This document shows positions 1 to 9,301 of a stretch of DNA of 64,000 nt, piece by piece. The notes under the pieces were generated by a model. The model made no database searches. It was not told where the DNA came from and saw only the letters and a list, made by a program, of their open reading frames with translations. Origin of the DNA: Acinetobacter phage 133; sequence record HM114315.1, one strand, 5' to 3'. The position numbers and the translations under genes are program-made. Numbering within the stretch: the stretch's first letter is position 1; each line of letters opens with the position of its first letter.

Positions 1-2208
1 TTAAAGGGTTTGGGTTAAGTTAGATTGTACGTCCTGAATTCCAAGCAAATGATACAGCTCTTTTTTAATTTCAGGGGTGTATGCGTAAGAACGCTCCATA
101 TAATAGCTAGCTACAATATGACCTTTTTTGAATTTTTCAATACATTTTTGAGCACGTTCTCGACCATCTCCGTATAGCGTGTCAATTTGAGTAACCACTT
201 TGGCCATGCCTTCCCATTCTGCACTTCGACTGAATGGGGTGCGATAATTTTCTTGATTGCGGTGCCAAGTGCGAATCGCTTTTGATGCAGACGTCGTATA
301 TGAATCGCCATACACAAACTTGCCTAGCTTCAGGGCGTCCACAGAGCTTGCCATTCGATCTTCGCCTGGCACAATGTAGTTTTGTACGTCTAATGTATCT
401 AAACTCGACTGGAGGCGAATGGCGAGCTCTACGAATACGCTTTTAAGCTTGTCGTTCGGCTTAACTTTAAAACGTGATATTACACTAGGTCGAAGCATGT
501 AATATTCCGTAATACCAACAGCTGACAAAGTACGGTTGTATGAACTATTCAGGTTGCTGATAAAGTGTCCATCAAGACTGGTAATGTCATCGCGATTAAT
601 GCCTACTGCAAAACCTTCCAATTTATCCAATTCACTGGCGGTTAAGCGTAATGACTCATAAGCCCAAATAGATCCATTATGAGTATATTTGTATACATTT
701 GGTACTGCAGGTCGAGTTTCACGAATTGTCACACCTTTACTATTTTTAATAGAAGGCGCTGCATATAACGGGTCATGATCTTTTAATTTATCCCAAAGAT
801 CGGACATTTGCCAAATGTAAACTGGATCAAGACCCATTACTTTTTTCAATTCCACCAGGGTATCCGCATCCATGTCATCCCATATTAGTACAGTAGCACC
901 ACTTGGCGGCATGTTCATTTCTGCACGTTTTTCTTCACTAAGGTATGACATACCTCGAATGACATTTGATACTTTGCTCTTTTTATCTTGCACAATAATA
1001 TCGATACGTTCTTGACGATAATCAATAAGATATTCTATTGAACAGTCATTCTTACGGTTTCCGACCATGGTCACATTTAAGCGACGTAACGACGCTTGTT
1101 TGCGTAATTGATAAGCTCGAGCATAAATTAAACTATTTAAACCTTTTGCTTTTTCCTTGCTATTAATTACATCGTTAATGGTTGAACCATCACTAAGGAT
1201 AACACCACGATTCTTAATAATTTCACGCTGGCTAGAGTTAAAGTTATTAAAAATGCGGGCCGCTTTGCGTACGTTTGGCTCATCTTGAATACTGCGGATT
1301 GCTTCTTCAAACAGCTCAGAATCAATAGTATTAATGCGTTCAAGTAACGCAGCAATAGTACGATCATCTAATGATAATTCTTCACGAGATGGTGCAATAT
1401 CAAGTTCACCTAATTTAAAGTTATAGAACGTTTTTGGGTATACGCTTTTTAACCATTCTGCTTTAAGCCCAGGTACATCAGTCAATGGATATACAATACG
1501 TCCATAGATTGCGTATAATCCTTTACTTTCCATTGCATCGGGTTTGACTACCATACAGGGTTCAGACATTTCTTCATCGGTAAAGAAATCAATTCCGAAT
1601 GATTGATTTTTAATCATTGGTTTTACGTCGCCAAATGTACGTAAAATATACGCAGCTTCTTTATCCCATAAAGAAAGATCACTCGGTTTTACAGGGACCA
1701 CAACTTCAAGGCCTGGTAAATCATCAGGTTTCATATCTTCAATGAACGTTTTACTGAGAACCGGACCCTGCTCTGTAAGTACAGCAGAGTACCCATATAC
1801 TTTCCCATTATGGAAACTATTCACATTAAACGAATGAGCATAGCTAAATGGAGTTTTAGCACCAAGGCCCAATCCACCAATTTGGTCATTAGTGTTAGTC
1901 TTGGTTGACATAAAGTAAACTGTGTAAATATCCACAATGTCTTCAGGACTAATGCCTGGTCCAAAGTCACGGATGATAAAACGCGGGTCCAATGTACAAG
2001 GCATTGTAATTTCAAATGGACGAGTTTGGCCATTCATCACATGAGCATCAATAGCGTTACATGATAATTCACGGATGATTGCACGCACTTTATGTTTGTA
2101 CAAATTACTGGATAGAATTTTAAATGCCTTTGGGTTTGCGGCAATTTTAAATTCTGCCGTTTGTTGTGCATTACCCATTACTACTTCATTGGAAGAATCA
2201 AAAATCAT
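1..2208 (-). CDS. rIIA: rIIA protein (membrane-associated; GHKL/HATPase_c-like N-terminal domain)
   Basis: Complete 735-aa ORF. The N-terminal region is highly similar in pattern to T4 RIIA (MGNAQ.TAEFKIAANPKAFKILSS, IGGLGLG ATP-lid). It sits at the genome start as in T4. Confidence 0.9.
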   Translation of the reverse strand: MIFDSSNEVVMGNAQQTAEFKIAANPKAFKILSSNLYKHKVRAIIRELSCNAIDAHVMNGQTRPFEITMPCTLDPRFIIRDFGPGISPEDIVDIYTVYFMSTKTNTNDQIGGLGLGAKTPFSYAHSFNVNSFHNGKVYGYSAVLTEQGPVLSKTFIEDMKPDDLPGLEVVVPVKPSDLSLWDKEAAYILRTFGDVKPMIKNQSFGIDFFTDEEMSEPCMVVKPDAMESKGLYAIYGRIVYPLTDVPGLKAEWLKSVYPKTFYNFKLGELDIAPSREELSLDDRTIAALLERINTIDSELFEEAIRSIQDEPNVRKAARIFNNFNSSQREIIKNRGVILSDGSTINDVINSKEKAKGLNSLIYARAYQLRKQASLRRLNVTMVGNRKNDCSIEYLIDYRQERIDIIVQDKKSKVSNVIRGMSYLSEEKRAEMNMPPSGATVLIWDDMDADTLVELKKVMGLDPVYIWQMSDLWDKLKDHDPLYAAPSIKNSKGVTIRETRPAVPNVYKYTHNGSIWAYESLRLTASELDKLEGFAVGINRDDITSLDGHFISNLNSSYNRTLSAVGITEYYMLRPSVISRFKVKPNDKLKSVFVELAIRLQSSLDTLDVQNYIVPGEDRMASSVDALKLGKFVYGDSYTTSASKAIRTWHRNQENYRTPFSRSAEWEGMAKVVTQIDTLYGDGRERAQKCIEKFKKGHIVASYYMERSYAYTPEIKKELYHLLGIQDVQSNLTQTL

Positions 2209-2363
2209 TGTTTTACCTCATAATAAGCATCGTTAATTTTTTGAGCAAGCAAACGGCCTGAGCGTAGTTTATAATCCACTCCAGCCGGTGTAATGTCAAA
2301 TATTACATCTAGTGGTCCAATTAAATCAATTAGTTGGCTGCGAGTAATTTGTATACGTTTCAT
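2205..2363 (-). CDS. small hypothetical protein (52 aa), rIIA.1-position ORF
   Basis: Hand-translated minus-strand ORF MKRIQITRSQLIDLIGPLDVIFDITPAGVDYKLRSGRLLAQKINDAYYEVKQ. Its stop overlaps the rIIA ATG (ATGA). It is below the 60-aa cutoff of the ORF track. Confidence 0.4.
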   Translation of the reverse strand: MKRIQITRSQLIDLIGPLDVIFDITPAGVDYKLRSGRLLAQKINDAYYEVKQ

Positions 2364-2385
2364 AATTTGTTCTCACGTTTGGTAT

Positions 2386-2436
2386 GAGAATCATAATAAC
2401 GAAAAAAGGGACTCATGTGAGCCCCCTAATTGAAAA
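2386..2436. repeat. copy 1 of a ~50-nt conserved intergenic palindromic element (A-tract + GGGaCTCAtGTGAGCCCC); acts as a minus-strand rho-independent terminator
   Basis: Near-identical to the copy at 28847..28897. The GC palindrome is preceded by AAAAAA on the plus strand, giving a U-tract after the stem on the minus-strand RNA. Confidence 0.6.
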
Positions 2437-2440
2437 TATT

Positions 2441-2656
2441 TTAAATATCGTATCCAATAATATTGTGTACAATTAAAATTGGACCTACCTTACGTGGAAC
2501 AGTATGAGTAGCGATGTGTTTTTTAAATTCCTCAATCATATGTTTACGTGGTCCACTTGGAAGTGTTCCAAAATCGACGTCATGGTTAATTTGCGACACT
2601 GCAACATGACCAGTATCCATATTTGTTGCAATAACTTCAATAATTAATTTGACCAT
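2441..2656 (-). CDS. hypothetical protein (71 aa)
   Basis: Minus-strand ORF co-oriented and packed with neighbours. Confidence 0.45.
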   Translation of the reverse strand: MVKLIIEVIATNMDTGHVAVSQINHDVDFGTLPSGPRKHMIEEFKKHIATHTVPRKVGPILIVHNIIGYDI

Positions 2657-3111
2657 TAGTATTCTCCGCCAGCTTCAAAGTTTTCAAGATATTTCAAGAA
2701 CGGTTCATAGTATCGATCGCTCGAAATTAAGAACTCTGCCCATAATTTATAGTCCGCATTAATAGCCAGATCCAAGTTAATGCCTTGATCTAGTCCCCAT
2801 GGGTAGAACTCATTTGATGCTGCATCCCAGCGTAAAGGCGATGCATTAACAGCAAAACATAGTTCCTGATCAGACCAGTGTTTTTTATTTGCTTTGTTGT
2901 ATGCATTAATAATTGCATTGCCTCGTTCAACGTAACCTTTACCGATTAGCCAGAACCCCCATGACCCGGCAAATACCTCACTGTCCATAAAATAGTCGGT
3001 GAATGATTCACCCGCTTTAAGTTCAAAGTTTTTAATGCGAGCTGCGAATGCATCAATGTTTTCTCGATCAACTTTAATCATAACTTCTCCAATGCAGCAC
3101 GGACTAAACAA
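2656..3111 (-). CDS. hypothetical protein (151 aa)
   Basis: Minus-strand ORF, ATGA-type junction with the downstream ORF. Confidence 0.55.
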   Translation of the reverse strand: MFSPCCIGEVMIKVDRENIDAFAARIKNFELKAGESFTDYFMDSEVFAGSWGFWLIGKGYVERGNAIINAYNKANKKHWSDQELCFAVNASPLRWDAASNEFYPWGLDQGINLDLAINADYKLWAEFLISSDRYYEPFLKYLENFEAGGEY

Positions 3112-3272
3112 TCTTTGGCTTCGAGTAACTTACGCAAGCCCGCATCTTTTTCAGCGCTGGCTGGAATTGTGTTATTCATATGAAAGGCCAAGTCGCCAAT
3201 TGGTTTTGATACTTCTTGTAAGTGAACAGGAAGATGCGAATAGTTAAAAAATTTCATATCTACTTTAGACAT
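3078..3272 (-). CDS. hypothetical protein (64 aa)
   Basis: Minus-strand ORF. It overlaps the 3' neighbour by 34 nt, so the start is uncertain. Confidence 0.35.
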   Translation of the reverse strand: MSKVDMKFFNYSHLPVHLQEVSKPIGDLAFHMNNTIPASAEKDAGLRKLLEAKDCLVRAALEKL

Positions 3273-3273
3273 T

Positions 3274-3603
3274 TTATTCCTTTTTAATACCCTGAATTAA
3301 AAGTGTAGGCTTAAAATTATTAGCGGCCGCTCGTACTACTTGGATATTATACACAACACGGGCTTCGCTAATATCACCGTACCAGTGTTGACCTTGCTGT
3401 CCAGGAGCAACAAATTGTTCGGTATATTCTAAATCCATTGCTAACAGCTCGCTGTATGTAGGGAACTGCTTGCGTAATGCGACAACTTGGTCTCGACAAG
3501 TCGCGAACGATTTATTGCACGCTGCATCATTGAATACTTTGACCAAGTTATTGTAAATTGTGGCACTAAGTGGCACCACATATACAGCGTTTAATTTAAA
3601 CAT
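3274..3603 (-). CDS. hypothetical protein (109 aa)
   Basis: Minus-strand ORF immediately downstream of the topoisomerase subunit gene. Confidence 0.5.
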   Translation of the reverse strand: MFKLNAVYVVPLSATIYNNLVKVFNDAACNKSFATCRDQVVALRKQFPTYSELLAMDLEYTEQFVAPGQQGQHWYGDISEARVVYNIQVVRAAANNFKPTLLIQGIKKE

Positions 3604-5431
3604 TTGGTTCTCCTACTGGATTTAACATCCATTCTTTACGTGGATCCGGATCTTTACCAAAAAGCATTTCAAATTGCTCTTTGTAGTCAGGTGGCAACAC
3701 AATAGTATCGTATACGGGGTTATTGATCACACGAGAATAGTTATCTTCAGTCAGAGTTCCTAACCCCTTAATGTATGATACCTTGTAACCTTTAAGCGTA
3801 TCACGTACTTTGTTATATTCGCTCATTGAATAAAAGAATAATTCTTCTTTGCCTTTAACTGCAATTGTAACAGGGGCTTTACATAATCGAATACGACCTT
3901 GTTCAAACAGTTCAGGCCAGTTACTGAAGAATGCCAATAATGATGGATAAATGGAACCTAAGCCATCAAAATCACTGTCAACAAAGATTGCAATGTATTT
4001 GTAATTCAGATTCTCCGCTTTATCACCCAGCTTTAACCCAGTAATGGCACAAATATCAAACAACTCTTTATTGGCCATCATCTGAGGATAAGTCTTGCCC
4101 CAAGTATTCAAAACCTTGCCGCGAAGTGGATAACCCCCATGAAGTTCTTGGTCACGAGTAGATAGTAAATAACCAATTGCAGAATCACCTTCCGTTAAGA
4201 ACAGTGTAGTTTCAGCAGGTTTGCCATATAAGTTTGCCTTGATATGCTTCGCCACTTTTGCTTTCTTTGCTGCATTATCCGCTTTAGTTTTCGCCGACTT
4301 TTCGGCGGCCAGTTGTTTGGCCAGAGCAGCTTCAATAATTGGCATCAGGATAGTTTCATTTTTCATGAATGAATTGGCCAGTTTACCAATATCAATATCC
4401 ACGTGCTTCTTGACTTCCCCCGTTGGACTGGTCAAACGTTCTTTTGTCTGAGAGTCAAAACGCAGGTTGCTCATATCTTTAATGAATAATAACAAAGTCA
4501 AACATTCTTTAATACGAGCTTTGTTAACCGTAATTTTATATTTGCGCTTGATCTTAGGGATTAACTCATTTGAGAGTTCGTCCATAATATAATCAACGTG
4601 TGACCCGCCTACTTTTGTATGAATTGAGTTTACATATGACAAATGGCGGAACCCATCTTCAGAACGAGCAAGACCTAACTGAATGTTATCAGTCACTGAA
4701 GTTAATACAGATTCATCATACTGCTTGGCATAGGTTTTAAAGTTGCCTTGGATTTTCTGTCCATTGAATTTAAATTCAATTTGTGGGTATACAACGGCTA
4801 AAGTTTGTAACTGATTACGAATAATCGCCATATCAATTTCGGTAAACCCAGTACAGTCAAAACGTTCAAAGTCAGGTTCAAATTCAACTTTAGTTCCTTT
4901 ATATTTTGCTTTCTTTTGAGTCCAGTCAATATTGGACATGTTATCGGTACAATGTAGTGAGATTTCGTTTTCACCATTACACGTTACAGCTTTAAAATCC
5001 TTTGCAAAGATATTGGCCAATGAGCCGCCCATTCCATGCATGCCCGCGGTTTTACGATCATCAAGGCCAAAGTTACCGCCCGCTTTAACTACGGTATATG
5101 CAACAACAGCACCTGGTAACTCAGCACCATCTTTGTCAACAACAATATTCTGAGGCAACCCACGACCATTATCTTGAATTGTGGCAACAGTTTCAGTCAT
5201 ATTGATGGCAATTTTATTCGCAAATTTAAAGTTGGTCCGAATCGCTTCATCCAATGAGTTAATGTAAGTTTCTTCAACTAGCTTGATCAGGCCTGTACAG
5301 AACACTTGAGGGCCATACACACCATCAATAAAGAGTTCTTGTGCTTCACGTGCAGTTGAGCCAACATACATGCCAGGTAATGCTAGACAGTGTTCGCGAT
5401 CGTCTAATGACGTGATTTTATTCTCAATCAT
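3596..5431 (-). CDS. 39: DNA topoisomerase II large (ATPase, GyrB-like) subunit, fused gp39+gp60 form
   Basis: 611 aa with GHKL ATPase motifs (DNGRGLP, GG.FG) and a C-terminal TOPRIM-like region. The length matches the unsplit T2/T6-type gene 39, not T4's 516 aa plus a separate gene 60. Confidence 0.9.
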   Translation of the reverse strand: MIENKITSLDDREHCLALPGMYVGSTAREAQELFIDGVYGPQVFCTGLIKLVEETYINSLDEAIRTNFKFANKIAINMTETVATIQDNGRGLPQNIVVDKDGAELPGAVVAYTVVKAGGNFGLDDRKTAGMHGMGGSLANIFAKDFKAVTCNGENEISLHCTDNMSNIDWTQKKAKYKGTKVEFEPDFERFDCTGFTEIDMAIIRNQLQTLAVVYPQIEFKFNGQKIQGNFKTYAKQYDESVLTSVTDNIQLGLARSEDGFRHLSYVNSIHTKVGGSHVDYIMDELSNELIPKIKRKYKITVNKARIKECLTLLLFIKDMSNLRFDSQTKERLTSPTGEVKKHVDIDIGKLANSFMKNETILMPIIEAALAKQLAAEKSAKTKADNAAKKAKVAKHIKANLYGKPAETTLFLTEGDSAIGYLLSTRDQELHGGYPLRGKVLNTWGKTYPQMMANKELFDICAITGLKLGDKAENLNYKYIAIFVDSDFDGLGSIYPSLLAFFSNWPELFEQGRIRLCKAPVTIAVKGKEELFFYSMSEYNKVRDTLKGYKVSYIKGLGTLTEDNYSRVINNPVYDTIVLPPDYKEQFEMLFGKDPDPRKEWMLNPVGEPNV

Positions 5432-5454
5432 TTCAATTCCTATAGTTCAAGATA

Positions 5455-5484
5455 GAGACATATTACAGTAATTTATTAAAGCAA
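5455..5484 (-). promoter_or_regulatory. candidate T4 middle (MotA-dependent) promoter upstream of gene 39
   Basis: On the minus strand, TGCTTTA (MotA-box-like) is followed ~11 nt later by TAATAT, about 25 nt upstream of the gene 39 ATG. Confidence 0.3.
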
Positions 5485-5508
5485 AAGGACCCGAAGGTCC
5501 TTTTATTA
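5483..5508. terminator. rho-independent terminator hairpin (AGGACC-CGAA-GGTCCT), bidirectional
   Basis: Perfect 6-bp GC-rich stem with A-tract upstream and T-tract downstream. It lies just after the stop of the amidase-like gene. Confidence 0.6.
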
Positions 5509-6027
5509 TTTTAGATGATCGGAAATTGCTTTAGCAATAGCTTTACAGATCACCCATTTCTTCGCATCCCAAATAGCAAGTTCTGCTTTATTTGTGATGA
5601 AGAACAGCTCGATAATAAGCCCACCCGCGCGCACAAATCCAAAGCGATGATGATCATTAGCATCATAGTACCAACCTTCATTGCGGCGCAGTTTAATACC
5701 GGTGGTGTCATGAATAGCACGAGCAATTGCTTTAGCTAAAGCCGCATCTTTGCTCTTAGCTAGGACTTCTACGCCATTTGCCGTTTCAGCGCCGGCATTG
5801 CAATGAACTTCCACTGAGATATCAGAACCTTTCTGTAACTTGATTGCTTCAGGTAGTTCCAAGTTCTGAGTACGATCCAGTCCATCAGAGACAACTTTAT
5901 GGCCCCATTGCACTAGATAGTATTTGATGATTTCACGGGCATCGACCGCAATATCAGCTTCACGACGACCATGCGCACACGCTCCAGGATCACGTACTGA
6001 GTGTCCTGCTGTAACTGTAATTGTCAT
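5506..6027 (-). CDS. N-acetylmuramoyl-L-alanine amidase-like protein (Amidase_3 family)
   Basis: The N-terminal TVTAGHSVRDPGA matches the Amidase_3 xIDxGHGGxDxGA motif, and VEVHCNAG matches the second His motif (xIHADA). No signal peptide. Confidence 0.65.
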   Translation of the reverse strand: MTITVTAGHSVRDPGACAHGRREADIAVDAREIIKYYLVQWGHKVVSDGLDRTQNLELPEAIKLQKGSDISVEVHCNAGAETANGVEVLAKSKDAALAKAIARAIHDTTGIKLRRNEGWYYDANDHHRFGFVRAGGLIIELFFITNKAELAIWDAKKWVICKAIAKAISDHLK

Positions 6028-6048
6028 AATACTCTCCTAAAATATTAT

Positions 6049-6642
6049 TTATTGTTGCGCTGCCTGCCACATGCGGAAGAATGACAAGTACACTTTATCC
6101 TGGGTGTCCAGTTCGGTAAAGAACCCGTAAAAAATGTGTTTTGATTTTAAATCAAACATGCGTTGGATATATTCGGTTTGAGTAGTGGCCCAGAAGTGTT
6201 GGTCCAACTCAACCCGGATACCTGAATACACGATGAATAATTCAATTACGGCTTCGCGCAGATCGTCCCGATAATCAATTGATTCTGTGTGGTCATGCCC
6301 TTCAATAATTTTGGCCATTTGGCCCAATACATTTGACAGTTGAGATTCCAGACGATCGGTACGATACATCAATGGGACTTCAGTCATGTCGGTTACAAAT
6401 TCACCTGACCATTTACTAAGTGCTGCAGACAAGCTGATATTCAATGCATTGGCCATTGACAACAGGCACGCAATGGCATCGCAATGCGAATCCAGGCGGC
6501 GAACTTTATTTGCAGAATATTTCACCATGTGATTATGCAAATGGGCCATACGACGCATCAATGGTAATCCGTATATGTCTGCATGATAACGGCGATCATG
6601 CAGGTCTTGGAAATATTGCAATTCAATTAGACTAACGTTCAT
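6049..6642 (-). CDS. hypothetical protein (197 aa)
   Basis: Minus-strand ORF; no motif recognised. Confidence 0.55.
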   Translation of the reverse strand: MNVSLIELQYFQDLHDRRYHADIYGLPLMRRMAHLHNHMVKYSANKVRRLDSHCDAIACLLSMANALNISLSAALSKWSGEFVTDMTEVPLMYRTDRLESQLSNVLGQMAKIIEGHDHTESIDYRDDLREAVIELFIVYSGIRVELDQHFWATTQTEYIQRMFDLKSKHIFYGFFTELDTQDKVYLSFFRMWQAAQQ

Positions 6643-6651
6643 GGTATTTCC

Positions 6652-7107
6652 TTACGCTGCAAATCGTAAACGACGGGCTTGGCGATTAGTTGGTGCGTGT
6701 GAGTTAAGTTTCAAGTTAGATCGAGGCAGGCGGTCTGTACTTTTAATACAGATAATTTCGCCACGAGGGTAACCCGCACCGATTACAATATCACGAGTTG
6801 GATAATTGTCTTTAGGTTGGTTGATCATGGCACCCATTAAATCCAATGGATTTGTTAAGGCTGGTGCTACTGGAGCACCGTCACCACGTTCAAAGAAACG
6901 TACTTCATTTGGCCAAATACAAGCCCACTCATTGTGAGTATTGTCACCATAAGTTACACCCATTGCAGCACCATCAGTCACACGAGTAACGATGATAATT
7001 CCACCCGTTGATTCAATTTCATTCGCTAAGTTCAAATTCGCGATGTTTGCATTGATAAAGCCTTGTTTATCAACCAATTTATATGTGCCTTTAGTAAACA
7101 TAATCAC
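6652..7107 (-). CDS. hypothetical protein (151 aa)
   Basis: Minus-strand ORF, ATGA overlap with the upstream ORF. Confidence 0.55.
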   Translation of the reverse strand: MIMFTKGTYKLVDKQGFINANIANLNLANEIESTGGIIIVTRVTDGAAMGVTYGDNTHNEWACIWPNEVRFFERGDGAPVAPALTNPLDLMGAMINQPKDNYPTRDIVIGAGYPRGEIICIKSTDRLPRSNLKLNSHAPTNRQARRLRFAA

Positions 7108-7412
7108 TCCAAAATAAATGTCATTTCACTTGTACTCACGTACTCGTATAAAGTTTCCCAGTTCACAACTCGATTTGTTGAACCATATGGTTTGCTTAAC
7201 ATGCCAACACGACAATAACGATCGCCTTTGGAAGCCCAGGATGAACCAACTTGATATGGCTTGCTTTCATACGCAAATAAACAACCATCTTCATCGGCAG
7301 CAATATATGTGGCCCATTCCGGAAGCACAACAGTATGCTGCGTAACTTGATCCGCAAAACGAACTTTAAGATCCAGTTTTGTTGCAAGAGGAAAGAAGCA
7401 TTGAGTATACAT
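7104..7412 (-). CDS. hypothetical protein (102 aa)
   Basis: Minus-strand ORF. Confidence 0.5.
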   Translation of the reverse strand: MYTQCFFPLATKLDLKVRFADQVTQHTVVLPEWATYIAADEDGCLFAYESKPYQVGSSWASKGDRYCRVGMLSKPYGSTNRVVNWETLYEYVSTSEMTFILE

Positions 7413-7696
7413 CAGTTATTCCTTAATGTAAATGTGCAATTGTGTTTTTGACAATAATGATGTACAATTTTCAATAGCGCATCAAGGCCGCCTGTAACAC
7501 TGATATTTGCATGTACGTTACGTTCTACATCACCAATTGTTGACTTAATGCGGTATGACACTTGGTCATCGCCCATTAAAGTACGGATTTCAGGCACCGC
7601 CTCATCGATCATGGTTTCAATCCCGTGTTGAATGTTTTCCCATACATCATCAGGGTGACACGGGCCAATAGTAAACAAAAAATCTAAACTAGTCAT
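7412..7696 (-). CDS. hypothetical protein (94 aa)
   Basis: Minus-strand ORF; preceded by palindromic element copy 2. Confidence 0.5.
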   Translation of the reverse strand: MTSLDFLFTIGPCHPDDVWENIQHGIETMIDEAVPEIRTLMGDDQVSYRIKSTIGDVERNVHANISVTGGLDALLKIVHHYCQKHNCTFTLRNN

Positions 7697-7730
7697 AATG
7701 TTCTCACATTTTGTTTGTTACGGCCATTCT

Positions 7731-7760
7731 AACGAAAAAAAGGGACTACGTGAGCCCCTT
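7731..7760. repeat. copy 2 of the palindromic intergenic element (AAAAAAA-GGGACTaCGTGAGCCCC), terminator after dexA
   Basis: Same A-tract plus GGGnCT.ACGTGAGCCCC core as the copies at 2408, 25472 and 28869. Confidence 0.55.
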
Positions 7761-7770
7761 TCGGAAAAAT

Positions 7771-8439
7771 TTACATTCTTTTCTTAACTGTCACAGGATC
7801 AGACTCAGCTTCAGTAGGCGCAGTTTCTAAGCCCATTGCGTAACGCTTGATATATTGCAACATAAGGACATCCTTGGCACAATCATGAATGGAGTCATGC
7901 ATTACAAAGCCAGGTAACAAACCTTTGCGCAGCGGAGTCATGGTGAGCCCACGGGTCAATGCAATAGCTTCAATGGCAGTACGAACATCACGACCATTCC
8001 AAAAAGCAGTAGGTTCAAGCTTCCCGGTATCTTTTACCCCAAATCGTTCTTGCAACATATTAATCCAGATTGGAATATCAAATGACATGCCGCGACACCA
8101 TAATTGACTTTTCCACAGGTCACAATTATTGACCTTTAAGAAATCTAGAATTTGATCTACTGCTTCATTTACAGTAAGATCTCCTGGTGCAGGAACTAAG
8201 TTTTTACGAGCAGCAGCGTCTTGTTCTTTCCACCAGTTTACCGTGCTTGCCATGATATGTCGTTTACCTTTTTGCGATGCTAAGTCCAACTTGAACTTTT
8301 TACCCTTAGCAACCAGGTCCTGAAATGACATGGGATTTTCAGGATCGTCTTTAAACGGGACAATACTGACTTCTACGATTACACTTTCGGGCACAGTGGA
8401 TAATGATTCAAAGTCGATCAAAAAATCAGTTGGTTTCAT
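7771..8439 (-). CDS. dexA: exonuclease A (DnaQ-like 3'-5' exonuclease)
   Basis: DEDD motif I (FLIDFESLS) near the N-terminus. Size (~222 aa from M15; the ORF track gives 236 aa from 8481) and position between gene 39 and dda match T4 dexA. Confidence 0.8.
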   Translation of the reverse strand: MKPTDFLIDFESLSTVPESVIVEVSIVPFKDDPENPMSFQDLVAKGKKFKLDLASQKGKRHIMASTVNWWKEQDAAARKNLVPAPGDLTVNEAVDQILDFLKVNNCDLWKSQLWCRGMSFDIPIWINMLQERFGVKDTGKLEPTAFWNGRDVRTAIEAIALTRGLTMTPLRKGLLPGFVMHDSIHDCAKDVLMLQYIKRYAMGLETAPTEAESDPVTVKKRM

Positions 8440-8689
8440 TGCGAATCTCCTGGATGCATGAAATACATTTAAATACCCCATCAGTCACTGGGACTTTGAT
8501 GGGTTCCTCTGTTACTTGTTGGGCCGCTTCAACCAACTTAATTGTTGTTTTAAGCTTGTTTACAATCCAACGTGCTTCAGCATGAATTGTAATATTGGAG
8601 TTGCCTTTATGCGTGCCGTCTGGCCCAGCTAAGGCATCTTTTGCAAATTGTAAAAAATCATTCGCGGATTTGAGGGAAACGTAATACAT
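8426..8689 (-). CDS. hypothetical protein (87 aa)
   Basis: Minus-strand ORF. Confidence 0.45.
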   Translation of the reverse strand: MYYVSLKSANDFLQFAKDALAGPDGTHKGNSNITIHAEARWIVNKLKTTIKLVEAAQQVTEEPIKVPVTDGVFKCISCIQEIRNETN

Positions 8690-8912
8690 CTTTGCGCTCG
8701 TGTAATAAACGGGTTAATATGTGTCGGTCAACATCACTGAACTTAATATCGACTTCAAGGGTTTCTTTTACAAATGATCCAACCTCTTTAGTAAAGTTGA
8801 TCTCATGATGTATATTGTTAGCAATATTTTGGTATGTATAATCTTGGTGTTTTTGAGCAGCATTGGACACTAAAGCCAAGAGTTTCCCCGCGGCGCGTAT
8901 TGACATTCTCAT
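8658..8912 (-). CDS. hypothetical protein (84 aa)
   Basis: Minus-strand ORF. Confidence 0.4.
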   Translation of the reverse strand: MRMSIRAAGKLLALVSNAAQKHQDYTYQNIANNIHHEINFTKEVGSFVKETLEVDIKFSDVDRHILTRLLHERKDVLRFPQIRE

Positions 8913-9253
8913 TTCAAGACTTCCTGATTAATAACTTCAATGCGAACATGATTGCGAACAAGCTCTTTCACTTGTTTTTCCACTTCATCATGCACCATTT
9001 TTTCAATGCGAGTAAGATCGGATTTAGACCAGCCATAATCAGCCTTACGTGCCAATTTGGCCACTTGTTCTAAGACTTCTTTACGGATAGTATATTGAAT
9101 TGTTTGCTCAATATTATTGGCCCCGAAGAACTGATTAACTCGCTTGCTTACATTTTCACGTAATGCATCCAAATACATTGTTTTAATTTCATCGCGGGCT
9201 ACGTTATTGCCTGCAATGATCGCTTGAAGATGACGAAGAATTTGCTTATTCAT
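8909..9253 (-). CDS. hypothetical protein (114 aa)
   Basis: Minus-strand ORF, ATGA junction. Confidence 0.5.
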   Translation of the reverse strand: MNKQILRHLQAIIAGNNVARDEIKTMYLDALRENVSKRVNQFFGANNIEQTIQYTIRKEVLEQVAKLARKADYGWSKSDLTRIEKMVHDEVEKQVKELVRNHVRIEVINQEVLK

Positions 9254-9301
9254 ATAAGTACCAATTATTTAATTTAAAGGTTTTCAGTTCGCATATTAAC
9301 C

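Noticed and set aside
3596-5431. Looked for a gene 60-style translational bypass (50-nt hop) downstream of gene 39
   Set aside because: Gene 39 continues uninterrupted through the gp60-equivalent region, so no separate gene 60 or take-off/landing GGA pair is needed.
6049-6642. 197-aa ORF as a MazG/dUTPase-like all-alpha NTP pyrophosphatase
   Set aside because: It is helical and acidic, but no EExxE/metal-binding motif pattern could be placed. A genuine gp56 dCTPase is present elsewhere at 17971..18489.
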